DNA from: a virus
Taxonomy: Duplodnaviria > Caudoviricetes
IMG/VR virus record: IMGVR_UViG_3300027740_000003
Span: 288,001-352,000 of that record
Strand: one strand, 5' to 3'
Length of the DNA: 64,000 nt
In this document: one piece after another, positions 20,442 through 28,611 of the stretch
Numbering within the stretch: position 1 is the stretch's first letter
Layout of the letters: the number at the start of each line of letters is the position of its first letter
Made by a program: the position numbers and the translations under genes
Notes under the pieces: generated by a model
Databases searched by the model: none
Told to the model about the DNA's origin: nothing
The model's input: only the letters and a program-made list of their open reading frames with translations

Positions 20442-21343
20442 TATTTCTTAATCCACTCGTTGATCTCATTCATCAAAGCAATTGCTTTCTTGTTTGTAAT
20501 CTTGCGATTCGCAAAAATATTCAGATCATTTTCGTCTTCTTCCTTCTCTTCGTCCTCATCTTCTTCTTCTTCGTCTTCATCCTCTTTTTCGTCGTCGTCT
20601 TCTTCTTTTTCTTTCTTGTCTTTCTTATCCTTCTTTTCTTCTTTATCATCGGCCGCGAAAAGCTCCGGATCATAAGCATCTATATCTATAGAATCATCTT
20701 CACTTTCTTCTGGAAGCGAATCGGTTTCTAATCCGTGAAATCCGGAAACTCTGCCACCAAGTTCATCTAAAAGCTCAGGATCTTCAAGATCTTCTTCGCC
20801 TTCAGAATCTTCATTAAGTTCCTCTTCAAATTCTCCACCAAAATCACCAAATTGTGCTTCTTTAAGAATTCCATTTAAAAGACCAAGAGCAACAGTTGCA
20901 CTCTTGTCCAATCCAAGATTATCAAGGGCCTCTGAGGTTGTTATTAAGCTATTAACTATATATTCTATAGCCTGTGCTTTTACCTTCTTGTCTACCTCTT
21001 TTTTGTCCTTCTTATCTTTATCCTTCTTATCTTTATCCTTGTCTTTTTTGTCCTTCTTGTCTTTTTTATCTTTCTTATCCTCTTTTTCTTCCTTCTTGTC
21101 TTTCTTTCCAAAAGGAGGAGCTTTCTTACCCTTCTTATCTTCTTTCTCATCCTCTTCGTCGTCTTCGTCGTCTTCATCCTTCTTTTTTGCTACTCGGATG
21201 AATGCCGAATAAGTAGGATCAGCATTAATAACCTGTGAAAAATCTTCTGGCTCAGGTTCAAAAACAGATTTAAATGCAGGATCGTTCAGGATTTTATCCA
21301 TTTCTGCTGCAACAGAATCACCAATTTTAGAATTTTTTAGCAT
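20441..21343 (-). CDS. Highly charged K/D/E low-complexity protein (scaffold- or core-like)
   Basis: KDKKDKK tracts and long D/E runs; AAGGA RBS. Confidence 0.65.
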   Translation of the reverse strand: MLKNSKIGDSVAAEMDKILNDPAFKSVFEPEPEDFSQVINADPTYSAFIRVAKKKDEDDEDDEEDEKEDKKGKKAPPFGKKDKKEEKEDKKDKKDKKDKKDKDKDKKDKDKKDKKEVDKKVKAQAIEYIVNSLITTSEALDNLGLDKSATVALGLLNGILKEAQFGDFGGEFEEELNEDSEGEEDLEDPELLDELGGRVSGFHGLETDSLPEESEDDSIDIDAYDPELFAADDKEEKKDKKDKKEKEEDDDEKEDEDEEEEDEDEEKEEDENDLNIFANRKITNKKAIALMNEINEWIKK

Positions 21344-21365
21344 TGTTTAATCCTTGTTTGGAATA

Positions 21366-21385
21366 TGGGGGCCTCTCGACCCCCA
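21366..21385 (-). other. Stem-loop with GAGA tetraloop after the protease gene
   Basis: Minus strand TGGGGGTC-GAGA-GGCCCCCA; weak U-tract. Confidence 0.45.
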
Positions 21386-21393
21386 CAATTCAA

Positions 21394-24300
21394 TTAATAC
21401 TTACGTCCCGCAAATGCCTGGTCAAATGCATTCTTTAACTCATCGTCATTACTTCTTGGAGAAATATAATCAGTTGATAATGCAACAGACTCTTTAATAC
21501 CTACCTCAGGAAGAGAGGCTGTTTTGGAAGGAATCCTTCCAACTGTCTCCTGAAGATATGCAAAGTTCTCATCAGAACAATTCATAATCTTCTCGACCTG
21601 ACTGCGTAAACTACGTGGGTCCCTGGCAACTAGGCCTCTTGCAGCCATGTCATAAGCAAGTTCATATGCCCTTGCTACCTTGACTTTAAGAGCCTCTTCA
21701 TTTGCAGCTGCTTTCTTTTCAGTTGTCCCTTTAACAAGCTCACTTACCCATCTGCTAGCTTCTGGATCCTTTGCTTCTCCCCAGAACTTCTTCCAATAAG
21801 ATACCGCTGCCGCATCAAGCCCCTCAGCAATCAAACCTGGGAAATCTGTCTTTGGATCAATTGTTCCTGCAAGAACTAGTTTCTGAATCTTCTCAGCTGC
21901 TTCCCTAACCTTGCCAGGTGCTTTAGTTGCTACTTCCATTGCCTTTGTATGGACTTCTTCAAGATCCTCTACCTTGGCAAGATCACCAGTTGGCTTGGTA
22001 TCAAGGTCGGTTGTAAACCCGCCCTGAGGATGTGCTTTCGATAACATGTCAGAGAAGGTAGTTCCTTTTTGGGCAAGTTTGGTCCGTAAAATATCTCTCT
22101 CTTCTCTTGTCATATTTGCAATCCTCTTTGTTGATGCTTTTGTCTTAAGTGTCTCTGCTACCTCCGTTGGAGTACCTTCTAAATCTGCTGAACCGTCTTC
22201 GTTTACCTGTACCTTGAGATCATTGCTGTCTCCACAACCAATACAGCCTTCTTCTAATACGTTCATTAGTTCATCAAGATCGTTGCTGTCTGATGCTCTC
22301 TGACCAGCTGTTGGTCTTGGTGTAATACGTTGTCCTGCATCTGGGGCTACTGGAGGAGCCACTACTGGTGCTTTTCCAGAACCTTCTTGCAAAGAATTAG
22401 AGCCCGTTGAACCTACTGGAAGAGTTCCTGTTGGCAACCTCTGTGGTTTTTGATCAATAACATCTGGAATCTCTTGAGCAGTCTTCTTAAGATTAGTAAT
22501 AGCATTTGCATATCTAACAAATGAAACCATCATCTTGTGTCCAGCCGATTTTGCTTTCTCAATGTCTGGCGATGCGTCTACAAGAAGTTCCGTAGTCATT
22601 CTAGCAGAGCTAGCTGTTCCATCACTATTAACCTTCTCAATTAGCTTTAACTCATCAGTCATATCAGAGATTTCAGCAAGAGCTTGCTTAATTCCCTTAC
22701 GAAGACCATAACTAAGAGTCTTACGCATTGAACCAAGAGTAGTTGATGCTGTTGCTACTGGTACCTCTGGAACATCCAGATCTCCTGCCTGCTCTTCTTC
22801 ATCAAGAGCTTCAACTGCTTTTTCAAGATCAGCAGAAAGATTACCTAGTTCACGAACCTTATCTTTAACCTGATCTGCTGGAGAACCCGTCTCTCCTGTT
22901 GGCTCAAAATCACCATCCGGAGGAACCGCAGCTGCTGGATTTGCAGCAGGTGTTTCGCCTGGTCCAGGAAGTGCCGGAGCAGGAGCCTGTGCTCTCTTAA
23001 CAGAAGCATTTGCTAATACTCCCTGTGATGCAGGAACTACTGTCCCAACATCTTCAATTTCAAATGGAAGATTATATCCCTGAGCAGCAAGATCTCCCCA
23101 TTCGTCAGTAGATAATGGTCTAGTTTGACCATTTGGCATCTTTACAACGAAATCGGAAGATGTATATGCTGTTTTTACTGATGCAGTGGCGTTTATTGGT
23201 CCAAGATTAACAGCTTGCCTTGCGGTATTAACAACTGCTAATAGCTCCTGCATTTCATTAGACATAAGTATTGTTCTTGCAGTAGACAGTTCTTTATTAA
23301 TTGAAGCTGATATGTCTTTACCCTGCATAAAACTAATAACTTGTCCCCAATTTCCATTAGTGTTAGCTACCTGAACTTTATAATGCAAATTAACAAGTGT
23401 CATTAAATTTGCGGCGCGGAGTTTATCACGAAGGCCTGTGCCTGCTCTATTTGGTTGGAAAGCTCCGGGACCAGCCGACTCACCAGCATCAGAATGTCTT
23501 CCTGCATTAAAGTCGCCACCAGCATAAGGATGTTCACTAGGGCTCTGGGCACCTTTAAAAATTGCCTTGGCTGTATTCACACCCTCACTTCGGATTACAT
23601 CAATCATCTTTAGACCGTAATCTTTAGTAGCAATGCTAGAATAAAGAGAAGCAACTCTTTCCTGTCCAGCTAATTCTCCAACTGTTGCAGAGAATACTAG
23701 GCGGCTCTTGCTATCATCGCCCTTAGCATATACTTGCCACTGCGAATCAGCAAGGTTATCAGAACCATCTTCATTAGAGGCTTTAATGAACTTTGCATTC
23801 AGTTTAGCTCTATTAATAAGTTTCTTGGTTTTCTCATCGTCTCCATAAAGGCCATCAATTTTTCCGACGCTGGGGAATGGAGAAGCTCCAACCATCTGCT
23901 TATCTTCTTTATCACGAATTTTATCTGAATCTTCTTTTGGATACTTTGGCTTGCCAGGAGTTGGCTCATTAACATCCCCACCACCCTGGAAGTAAGCTTC
24001 TCGCTTCCTTTGAATATTTTGCTGAGCTTTTTCTAAAGCAGCTTGTCTGCGAAAACTTCTTGCCTCAGCCTCAGAAGCAGCCCTCAGAAGCTCTTTCTTT
24101 TTCGCTTCGTCATCACCCCAAAGACCATCAGAACCTTCCTCGGAAGTCCCGAGCATCTGCTTGTCTTGAGTATTACGAATCGAGTCAGCTTCTTCTTTTG
24201 GATATTTGACCTGACCGGGAGCTGGTTCATTTACTCCGCCACCACCCTGAAAATAAGCACTCTTCTGATTAGCCATTACTGTATCCTTTTTGTTTTTGTT

Positions 24301-25404
24301 ATTGCTCTCTTTAACAGAAGCCATTTTATTGATAAACAAATCTAATTTTTCTATCTTTTCTTTCAAAATATTTAACTCACTTGCATATCTGGCCGTATTT
24401 GCAGCCTGAGGAACATTTCCTTCTGGAACCTGCTCTCCTGAAATTTCTTTCATCTCAGGACTAACTCCCCTTTGAGCATAAGGGTCCTCTCCTACTAATA
24501 TCTCATTATTAGCTATTTGCTGTAATTCTTTTCTAATTTGTTCTGCTTCTATAATTGCAGCATCAGTTGTTATACCTGCTTCGTCCAATTTTTGCTTATC
24601 ATCATAAGCTGCAACTTTATCAGCTGCTGCAATTACTCTACGAATCTTTGCTCCAGGATCCGCTCCATTTACAACAATAGATAATTCAATTGGAGAAAGG
24701 TCTACGTTAATCTCTCCATAACCACTTTTTGATTTCATGTGTTGACAAAAATCAGACTCAACTCTGGCAACACGATGACAGCCTTTTTCAGTACATATTG
24801 CTCTACCAACAGCTACTCCCATCGAGACGTCAGCAGAATATCCACTAGCTACCTTTCTTGCTAAATCAGGATAATTCTCTTTATCCAAAGCACATAAAGC
24901 AATAATACGCTGTCTCTTGTCATCCCAGACAGTATCAACAATAACTCCACGAATATAATCTACAGAACTTGATTTATGATCTAGACAAAGGGGTTTTCCA
25001 ATCCATTTCTTGAATGCTTTTTTAAGCTCTTTTGCTGGGAAAATATCTCTATTTGCATTTTTATAACCGCCAATAGAAGAATCGTTGCAATGCCATATCC
25101 AACTTCCATCTGTAGTTTCTTCCCAACTAGATTGAACATCCTCTCCATTAGCAGTCTTTTTTAAATTCCCATCGTCATCTAGCAAAGCAGCTTCAGCTGC
25201 GTGCATCATAATACAAGTAAAATAAAGAAAACCATTTGCTTTTGGAGCAATTCTCTTTCCAGAAGCATCTACGGCTTCTTTCTTTAAGAAGGCAACTTTT
25301 TCTTTAAAATATTGAATTACTTCAGGATCTTCATCTAAAGATGATGAATCAAGAAATCTATTATTTGCAATATGTGCGCTTGCAATTTTGATAATTCTAT
25401 TCAT
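21394..25404 (-). CDS. Prohead (capsid maturation) protease fused to a long scaffold or internal-protein region
   Basis: KPLCLDH (candidate His), DVSMG (candidate Ser) and IELSIVVNGADPGAKI match HK97-type prohead protease motifs; Cys cluster follows; long helical C-terminal region with many K-x-A sites. Start set at MNRII (25404) with GGAG RBS. Confidence 0.75.
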   Translation of the reverse strand: MNRIIKIASAHIANNRFLDSSSLDEDPEVIQYFKEKVAFLKKEAVDASGKRIAPKANGFLYFTCIMMHAAEAALLDDDGNLKKTANGEDVQSSWEETTDGSWIWHCNDSSIGGYKNANRDIFPAKELKKAFKKWIGKPLCLDHKSSSVDYIRGVIVDTVWDDKRQRIIALCALDKENYPDLARKVASGYSADVSMGVAVGRAICTEKGCHRVARVESDFCQHMKSKSGYGEINVDLSPIELSIVVNGADPGAKIRRVIAAADKVAAYDDKQKLDEAGITTDAAIIEAEQIRKELQQIANNEILVGEDPYAQRGVSPEMKEISGEQVPEGNVPQAANTARYASELNILKEKIEKLDLFINKMASVKESNNKNKKDTVMANQKSAYFQGGGGVNEPAPGQVKYPKEEADSIRNTQDKQMLGTSEEGSDGLWGDDEAKKKELLRAASEAEARSFRRQAALEKAQQNIQRKREAYFQGGGDVNEPTPGKPKYPKEDSDKIRDKEDKQMVGASPFPSVGKIDGLYGDDEKTKKLINRAKLNAKFIKASNEDGSDNLADSQWQVYAKGDDSKSRLVFSATVGELAGQERVASLYSSIATKDYGLKMIDVIRSEGVNTAKAIFKGAQSPSEHPYAGGDFNAGRHSDAGESAGPGAFQPNRAGTGLRDKLRAANLMTLVNLHYKVQVANTNGNWGQVISFMQGKDISASINKELSTARTILMSNEMQELLAVVNTARQAVNLGPINATASVKTAYTSSDFVVKMPNGQTRPLSTDEWGDLAAQGYNLPFEIEDVGTVVPASQGVLANASVKRAQAPAPALPGPGETPAANPAAAVPPDGDFEPTGETGSPADQVKDKVRELGNLSADLEKAVEALDEEEQAGDLDVPEVPVATASTTLGSMRKTLSYGLRKGIKQALAEISDMTDELKLIEKVNSDGTASSARMTTELLVDASPDIEKAKSAGHKMMVSFVRYANAITNLKKTAQEIPDVIDQKPQRLPTGTLPVGSTGSNSLQEGSGKAPVVAPPVAPDAGQRITPRPTAGQRASDSNDLDELMNVLEEGCIGCGDSNDLKVQVNEDGSADLEGTPTEVAETLKTKASTKRIANMTREERDILRTKLAQKGTTFSDMLSKAHPQGGFTTDLDTKPTGDLAKVEDLEEVHTKAMEVATKAPGKVREAAEKIQKLVLAGTIDPKTDFPGLIAEGLDAAAVSYWKKFWGEAKDPEASRWVSELVKGTTEKKAAANEEALKVKVARAYELAYDMAARGLVARDPRSLRSQVEKIMNCSDENFAYLQETVGRIPSKTASLPEVGIKESVALSTDYISPRSNDDELKNAFDQAFAGRKY

Positions 25405-25517
25405 ATTACTCCAATGAACTGCCCCCACTTAAAAGTGGGACTTCCTATTGATATAATCTCAAGGCATTTTGATTCGGGTTGTTCCAACCCGAATTGGATT
25501 ATTTCTAATCCTTTTAT
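25399..25517 (-). ncRNA. Orphan TnpB omegaRNA / IS200-IS605 right-end copy with no tnpB gene
   Basis: The 103-nt segment 25415-25517 aligns with the tnpB 3' end (34955-35056): shared ATAAAAGGATTAGA, ATTCGG..GAA..CCGAAT stem, GCCTTGAGATTATATCAA and terminal AGTTCA. It also has a perfect CCCACT-TTTA-AGTGGG hairpin. Confidence 0.75.
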
Positions 25518-25539
25518 TATGTCCTATAATGCCCTGTGT

Positions 25540-25662
25540 TTACTTGTCTTTCTTCTCCTGAGCTTCTTTAATTTTCTGACGAGTTTCTTCATCATCGACA
25601 GGTTTAACATTTTCTGGCAATACGTCTATTACTTCTACTTTTCCACGTTTGATTATTGGCAT
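25540..25662 (-). CDS. 40-aa small protein below the ORF-track cutoff
   Basis: AAGGAG RBS then MPIIKRGKVEVIDVLPENVKPVDDEETRQKIKEAQEKKDK; fills the gap in the operon. Confidence 0.6.
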   Translation of the reverse strand: MPIIKRGKVEVIDVLPENVKPVDDEETRQKIKEAQEKKDK

Positions 25663-25672
25663 ATACTCTCCT

Positions 25673-26305
25673 TTACATCATCTTCTTCAATTTTTCTTCT
25701 CGATCTTTATATAACCTACTTATTGATGGTTCTTGCTCAGATATGTCTAGATGATATTTTTCACTTGCCCCATCTAGCCAGCTCTTAGACAACACATTAT
25801 TATTTATATGATCTATCATTCTGTCTTCAATAAGTTTTTTAAATTCAGCTATTTCTTTTTTTAAATTTTCCATTCCTGAAATAACCTTATTTCTAAAATC
25901 ATTTGATTCCCAATCAGATAAAATATGGGTCAAGTTATCTTCTTGTTTTTCAATATCTCCAAAATCATCTGTAAAAGTAGAAATAATCTCTGTAATATCT
26001 GTATCAGAAGAGAAATGTTTTAAATCTTTTATGCACAAAACAGCCATTTGGCTTAATTCATCAAAATTTTCATTAATTTGATTAATATATTTCCACAGAG
26101 ATCCTCTATATTTATTAACCGATTCTTCTGAAACAGTTTGATGTTCTTTAAAAGGATTATATAATAGATTAAGATGCTTGTTAAAAGAGTCTAATTTCTT
26201 TACTAATTTTTCAAGGCGCAGAACAAGTCTAGCTGCAACTTTTTTATCAACATCTGGAATATCCATTGACAATTCAATTGTCTCTGCTAATTTACGAAGG
26301 GTCAT
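25673..26305 (-). CDS. Coiled-coil hypothetical head-module protein
   Basis: 210-aa helical ORF in the operon. Confidence 0.6.
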   Translation of the reverse strand: MTLRKLAETIELSMDIPDVDKKVAARLVLRLEKLVKKLDSFNKHLNLLYNPFKEHQTVSEESVNKYRGSLWKYINQINENFDELSQMAVLCIKDLKHFSSDTDITEIISTFTDDFGDIEKQEDNLTHILSDWESNDFRNKVISGMENLKKEIAEFKKLIEDRMIDHINNNVLSKSWLDGASEKYHLDISEQEPSISRLYKDREEKLKKMM

Positions 26306-26316
26306 GATATAATACC

Positions 26317-28005
26317 TTATAATTGCACGTAGCCGGCTGATTCAGAATTACTGGCAGCATTTGGTGATCCAGATGCTCCACTTGGTGTCATAAATGTATT
26401 TGATAACTGTCCTCCGTCATATGTTCTACCAAGTCCTACATCAGATATGCCTTTGGGTTGATGTGGAGGATTTTGCTGTTCTTTTTCTTCAAGAAGTTTC
26501 ATGAGCTTTTCTCTACGTTTCCTTCTTATTTCTGCTTTTTCTATATAACCCGGAATAAGACCAGCTGGCAAAGACTCTGCATATGGAGATCCAGGTGGCC
26601 CTCCACCAAGAAATGCATCATTCTTATCTTCTTCCATTTTCTTTTCCATTTCCTCTAAATAATCATAATACTTATCATTTTCTGTTAAATGATCTTCGGT
26701 TATTTCTTTTCTTAATTTCAGATCTGGAGTATGTTCTTTTTCTATTTTAATTCCTTTTTCAATCTGTTTTGGATCAAAAAAATGTTTTTTTGAATTATCA
26801 GATAATCCACCAGGCAACTGGTCTGCTATCTTTAATAGTCTATTTATAAACCTTCTTCTAGCAATTTTATTATTAAATAATGTTTGTTGTTTTTTCAATT
26901 CACCAATTGTATAGCTTAAACCGGGATGAAGATTTCCCGGCAATTGATTCAGTGGAAACCATTGATAATCATCATTTTCCCAATTTAATTTAATCATTGG
27001 CGCCCACCTTTCTTTTTCATTTTTTGTTATATTATAGATAAATGTTTTGTATGTAAAACCGCCATCAGAAAAGGTTGTTTCCCCTAATTTTTTTTCTATT
27101 GTTGGTAAAGATCCTAATTCTTCTCTAACTTCCTCTTCCGCAGAATTAATAAATACATTAATTTCTGGATCTGGAAGGTTCTCTTCAGAATCTGAGTAAT
27201 GATCTCCTAGTTCTTTTACAGCACCCCCCGCGACCCCCCAATTCCCACCCATATGAACATATTCAGATCTTTTTAAAAGCAATATTGTATTGTCTTCAAG
27301 ACAAATAAAAATTATTCCAGAAGCTTTCTTTCCCCAATAAGAAGCAGCCGTTTTTGGTGTTGGATATTTTTCCTTCAAAGGATCAATCCACTGATTTCCA
27401 AAACCTATATTATCCGCCCAAAATCCCCCATCAGAATTTGTTGTAGAAACCAAAGAGCCTTGACCATATCCCAAATCCTTAACAGCAGAAACAACATCAT
27501 CGGCCTGATTTGTTTCTACAGTTTCTTTTGTTTTAGGAACACAACCTAGAACACGATCCATACTAGCTTTTGCCACCGGCGATATTCCACCAGTTCCATA
27601 TCCAATATTTTTTTCGACTTCTTTAATAGTTTGACAAGGTTCGTGTCTTTTTACTTTAATCAACCATGAAGCAACAGCAAAACCAACACGATCTTTTCCA
27701 GCCCTACAATGTATCAATATAGGTCTTTGTGGTGTTCCGGGAATATAATCCATTATATTGTTGAATAATGTTGAGGCCTCTCCTGCTGGAGATCCCGGAT
27801 TAATATGAAACATCATATGGTGGAATAATCTTCTGTTCTTCCCACTCATATCGTTAATTCTCTGAGACACTCTTTTTGCAGAATCCCTGTCTAAAGACAA
27901 TATGTCTCTGATATGATAAGTTCTATAAGCATTTATTAAATCAGCAGACATTGGCTCTTCGCTGGTAAATATGCCATATTGTTGATAAGTTGTATTAATT
28001 GGCAC
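26317..28005 (-). CDS. Multidomain protein: CX5R phosphatase + NUDIX hydrolase + DUF5661-like domain
   Basis: HCRAGKDRVG P-loop; NWGVAGGAVKE...AEEEVREELG NUDIX box; KGIKIEKEHT...ITEDHLTENDKYY. Confidence 0.75.
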   Translation of the reverse strand: MPINTTYQQYGIFTSEEPMSADLINAYRTYHIRDILSLDRDSAKRVSQRINDMSGKNRRLFHHMMFHINPGSPAGEASTLFNNIMDYIPGTPQRPILIHCRAGKDRVGFAVASWLIKVKRHEPCQTIKEVEKNIGYGTGGISPVAKASMDRVLGCVPKTKETVETNQADDVVSAVKDLGYGQGSLVSTTNSDGGFWADNIGFGNQWIDPLKEKYPTPKTAASYWGKKASGIIFICLEDNTILLLKRSEYVHMGGNWGVAGGAVKELGDHYSDSEENLPDPEINVFINSAEEEVREELGSLPTIEKKLGETTFSDGGFTYKTFIYNITKNEKERWAPMIKLNWENDDYQWFPLNQLPGNLHPGLSYTIGELKKQQTLFNNKIARRRFINRLLKIADQLPGGLSDNSKKHFFDPKQIEKGIKIEKEHTPDLKLRKEITEDHLTENDKYYDYLEEMEKKMEEDKNDAFLGGGPPGSPYAESLPAGLIPGYIEKAEIRRKRREKLMKLLEEKEQQNPPHQPKGISDVGLGRTYDGGQLSNTFMTPSGASGSPNAASNSESAGYVQL

Positions 28006-28006
28006 G

Positions 28007-28318
28007 TTATAACCTCTTTACTACTTCGTTAATTACAGATCTTACATATCCAGATTGTTTTCCATTTAATAATGTTTTCATAAACGTTATTGCTTGACCG
28101 ATTGCTGCTGTATCTGGGGACTTCTTAGAAGATATATCATATTCATTTAAATTCCATATTTTGTGTCTAACTCTCATTAATGCATATGGTCTTTTTTGAT
28201 AAGATATTTTGCTTAGTATAAATCTAATTATTTCAGCAATATTTTTTCCAGTTATTTCTATATCAGATGCTGCCATTGCTGCTTGGCCAAGCTTTAAAAT
28301 GCGCCACACTTGACTCAT
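28007..28318 (-). CDS. Small hypothetical head-module protein
   Basis: 103 aa, coupled to its neighbours. Confidence 0.6.
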   Translation of the reverse strand: MSQVWRILKLGQAAMAASDIEITGKNIAEIIRFILSKISYQKRPYALMRVRHKIWNLNEYDISSKKSPDTAAIGQAITFMKTLLNGKQSGYVRSVINEVVKRL

Positions 28319-28611
28319 GGCAGCTCCAAATTAATTTCCTTTACCGCTTGCAACATAGCTACATCATCTATATTATCTAATCCAGCTAAAAAAGCCTCAT
28401 CAAATGCTTTTTTAAATGCAATTTGAAACTCTTTTAACTTTTCTGGATTTGATTTTCTAAATTCACGACATACAAAAGAATATGACAGATCAGGTCTGGC
28501 ATCCTGAGCATTTATCTCTGAAGAAATAGCAAATACAATTTTGTTGCAAATTTCATCTTCTCCTTGAATACGAAATTCCTTTGCTAATTTTTTTAAAACA
28601 GATAAGTTCAT
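28315..28611 (-). CDS. Small hypothetical head-module protein
   Basis: 98 aa; LKKLAKEFRIQGEDEICNKI helical-hairpin module. Confidence 0.6.
   Translation of the reverse strand: MNLSVLKKLAKEFRIQGEDEICNKIVFAISSEINAQDARPDLSYSFVCREFRKSNPEKLKEFQIAFKKAFDEAFLAGLDNIDDVAMLQAVKEINLELP

Noticed and set aside
20327-21212. Plus-strand poly-Ser/Phe ORFs and an alternative-frame Lys/Arg ORF
   Set aside because: Shadows of the K/D/E-rich gene at 20441-21343. Most other short plus-strand ORFs over long minus-strand genes were dismissed for the same reason.
23980-24270. YFQG resembling the TEV protease site
   Set aside because: No ENL upstream and no relevant protease; coincidental.
25405-25428. ORF-track start MGAVHWSN for the protease gene
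   Set aside because: Lies within the omegaRNA terminal hairpin; ATG 25404 has a GGAG RBS.
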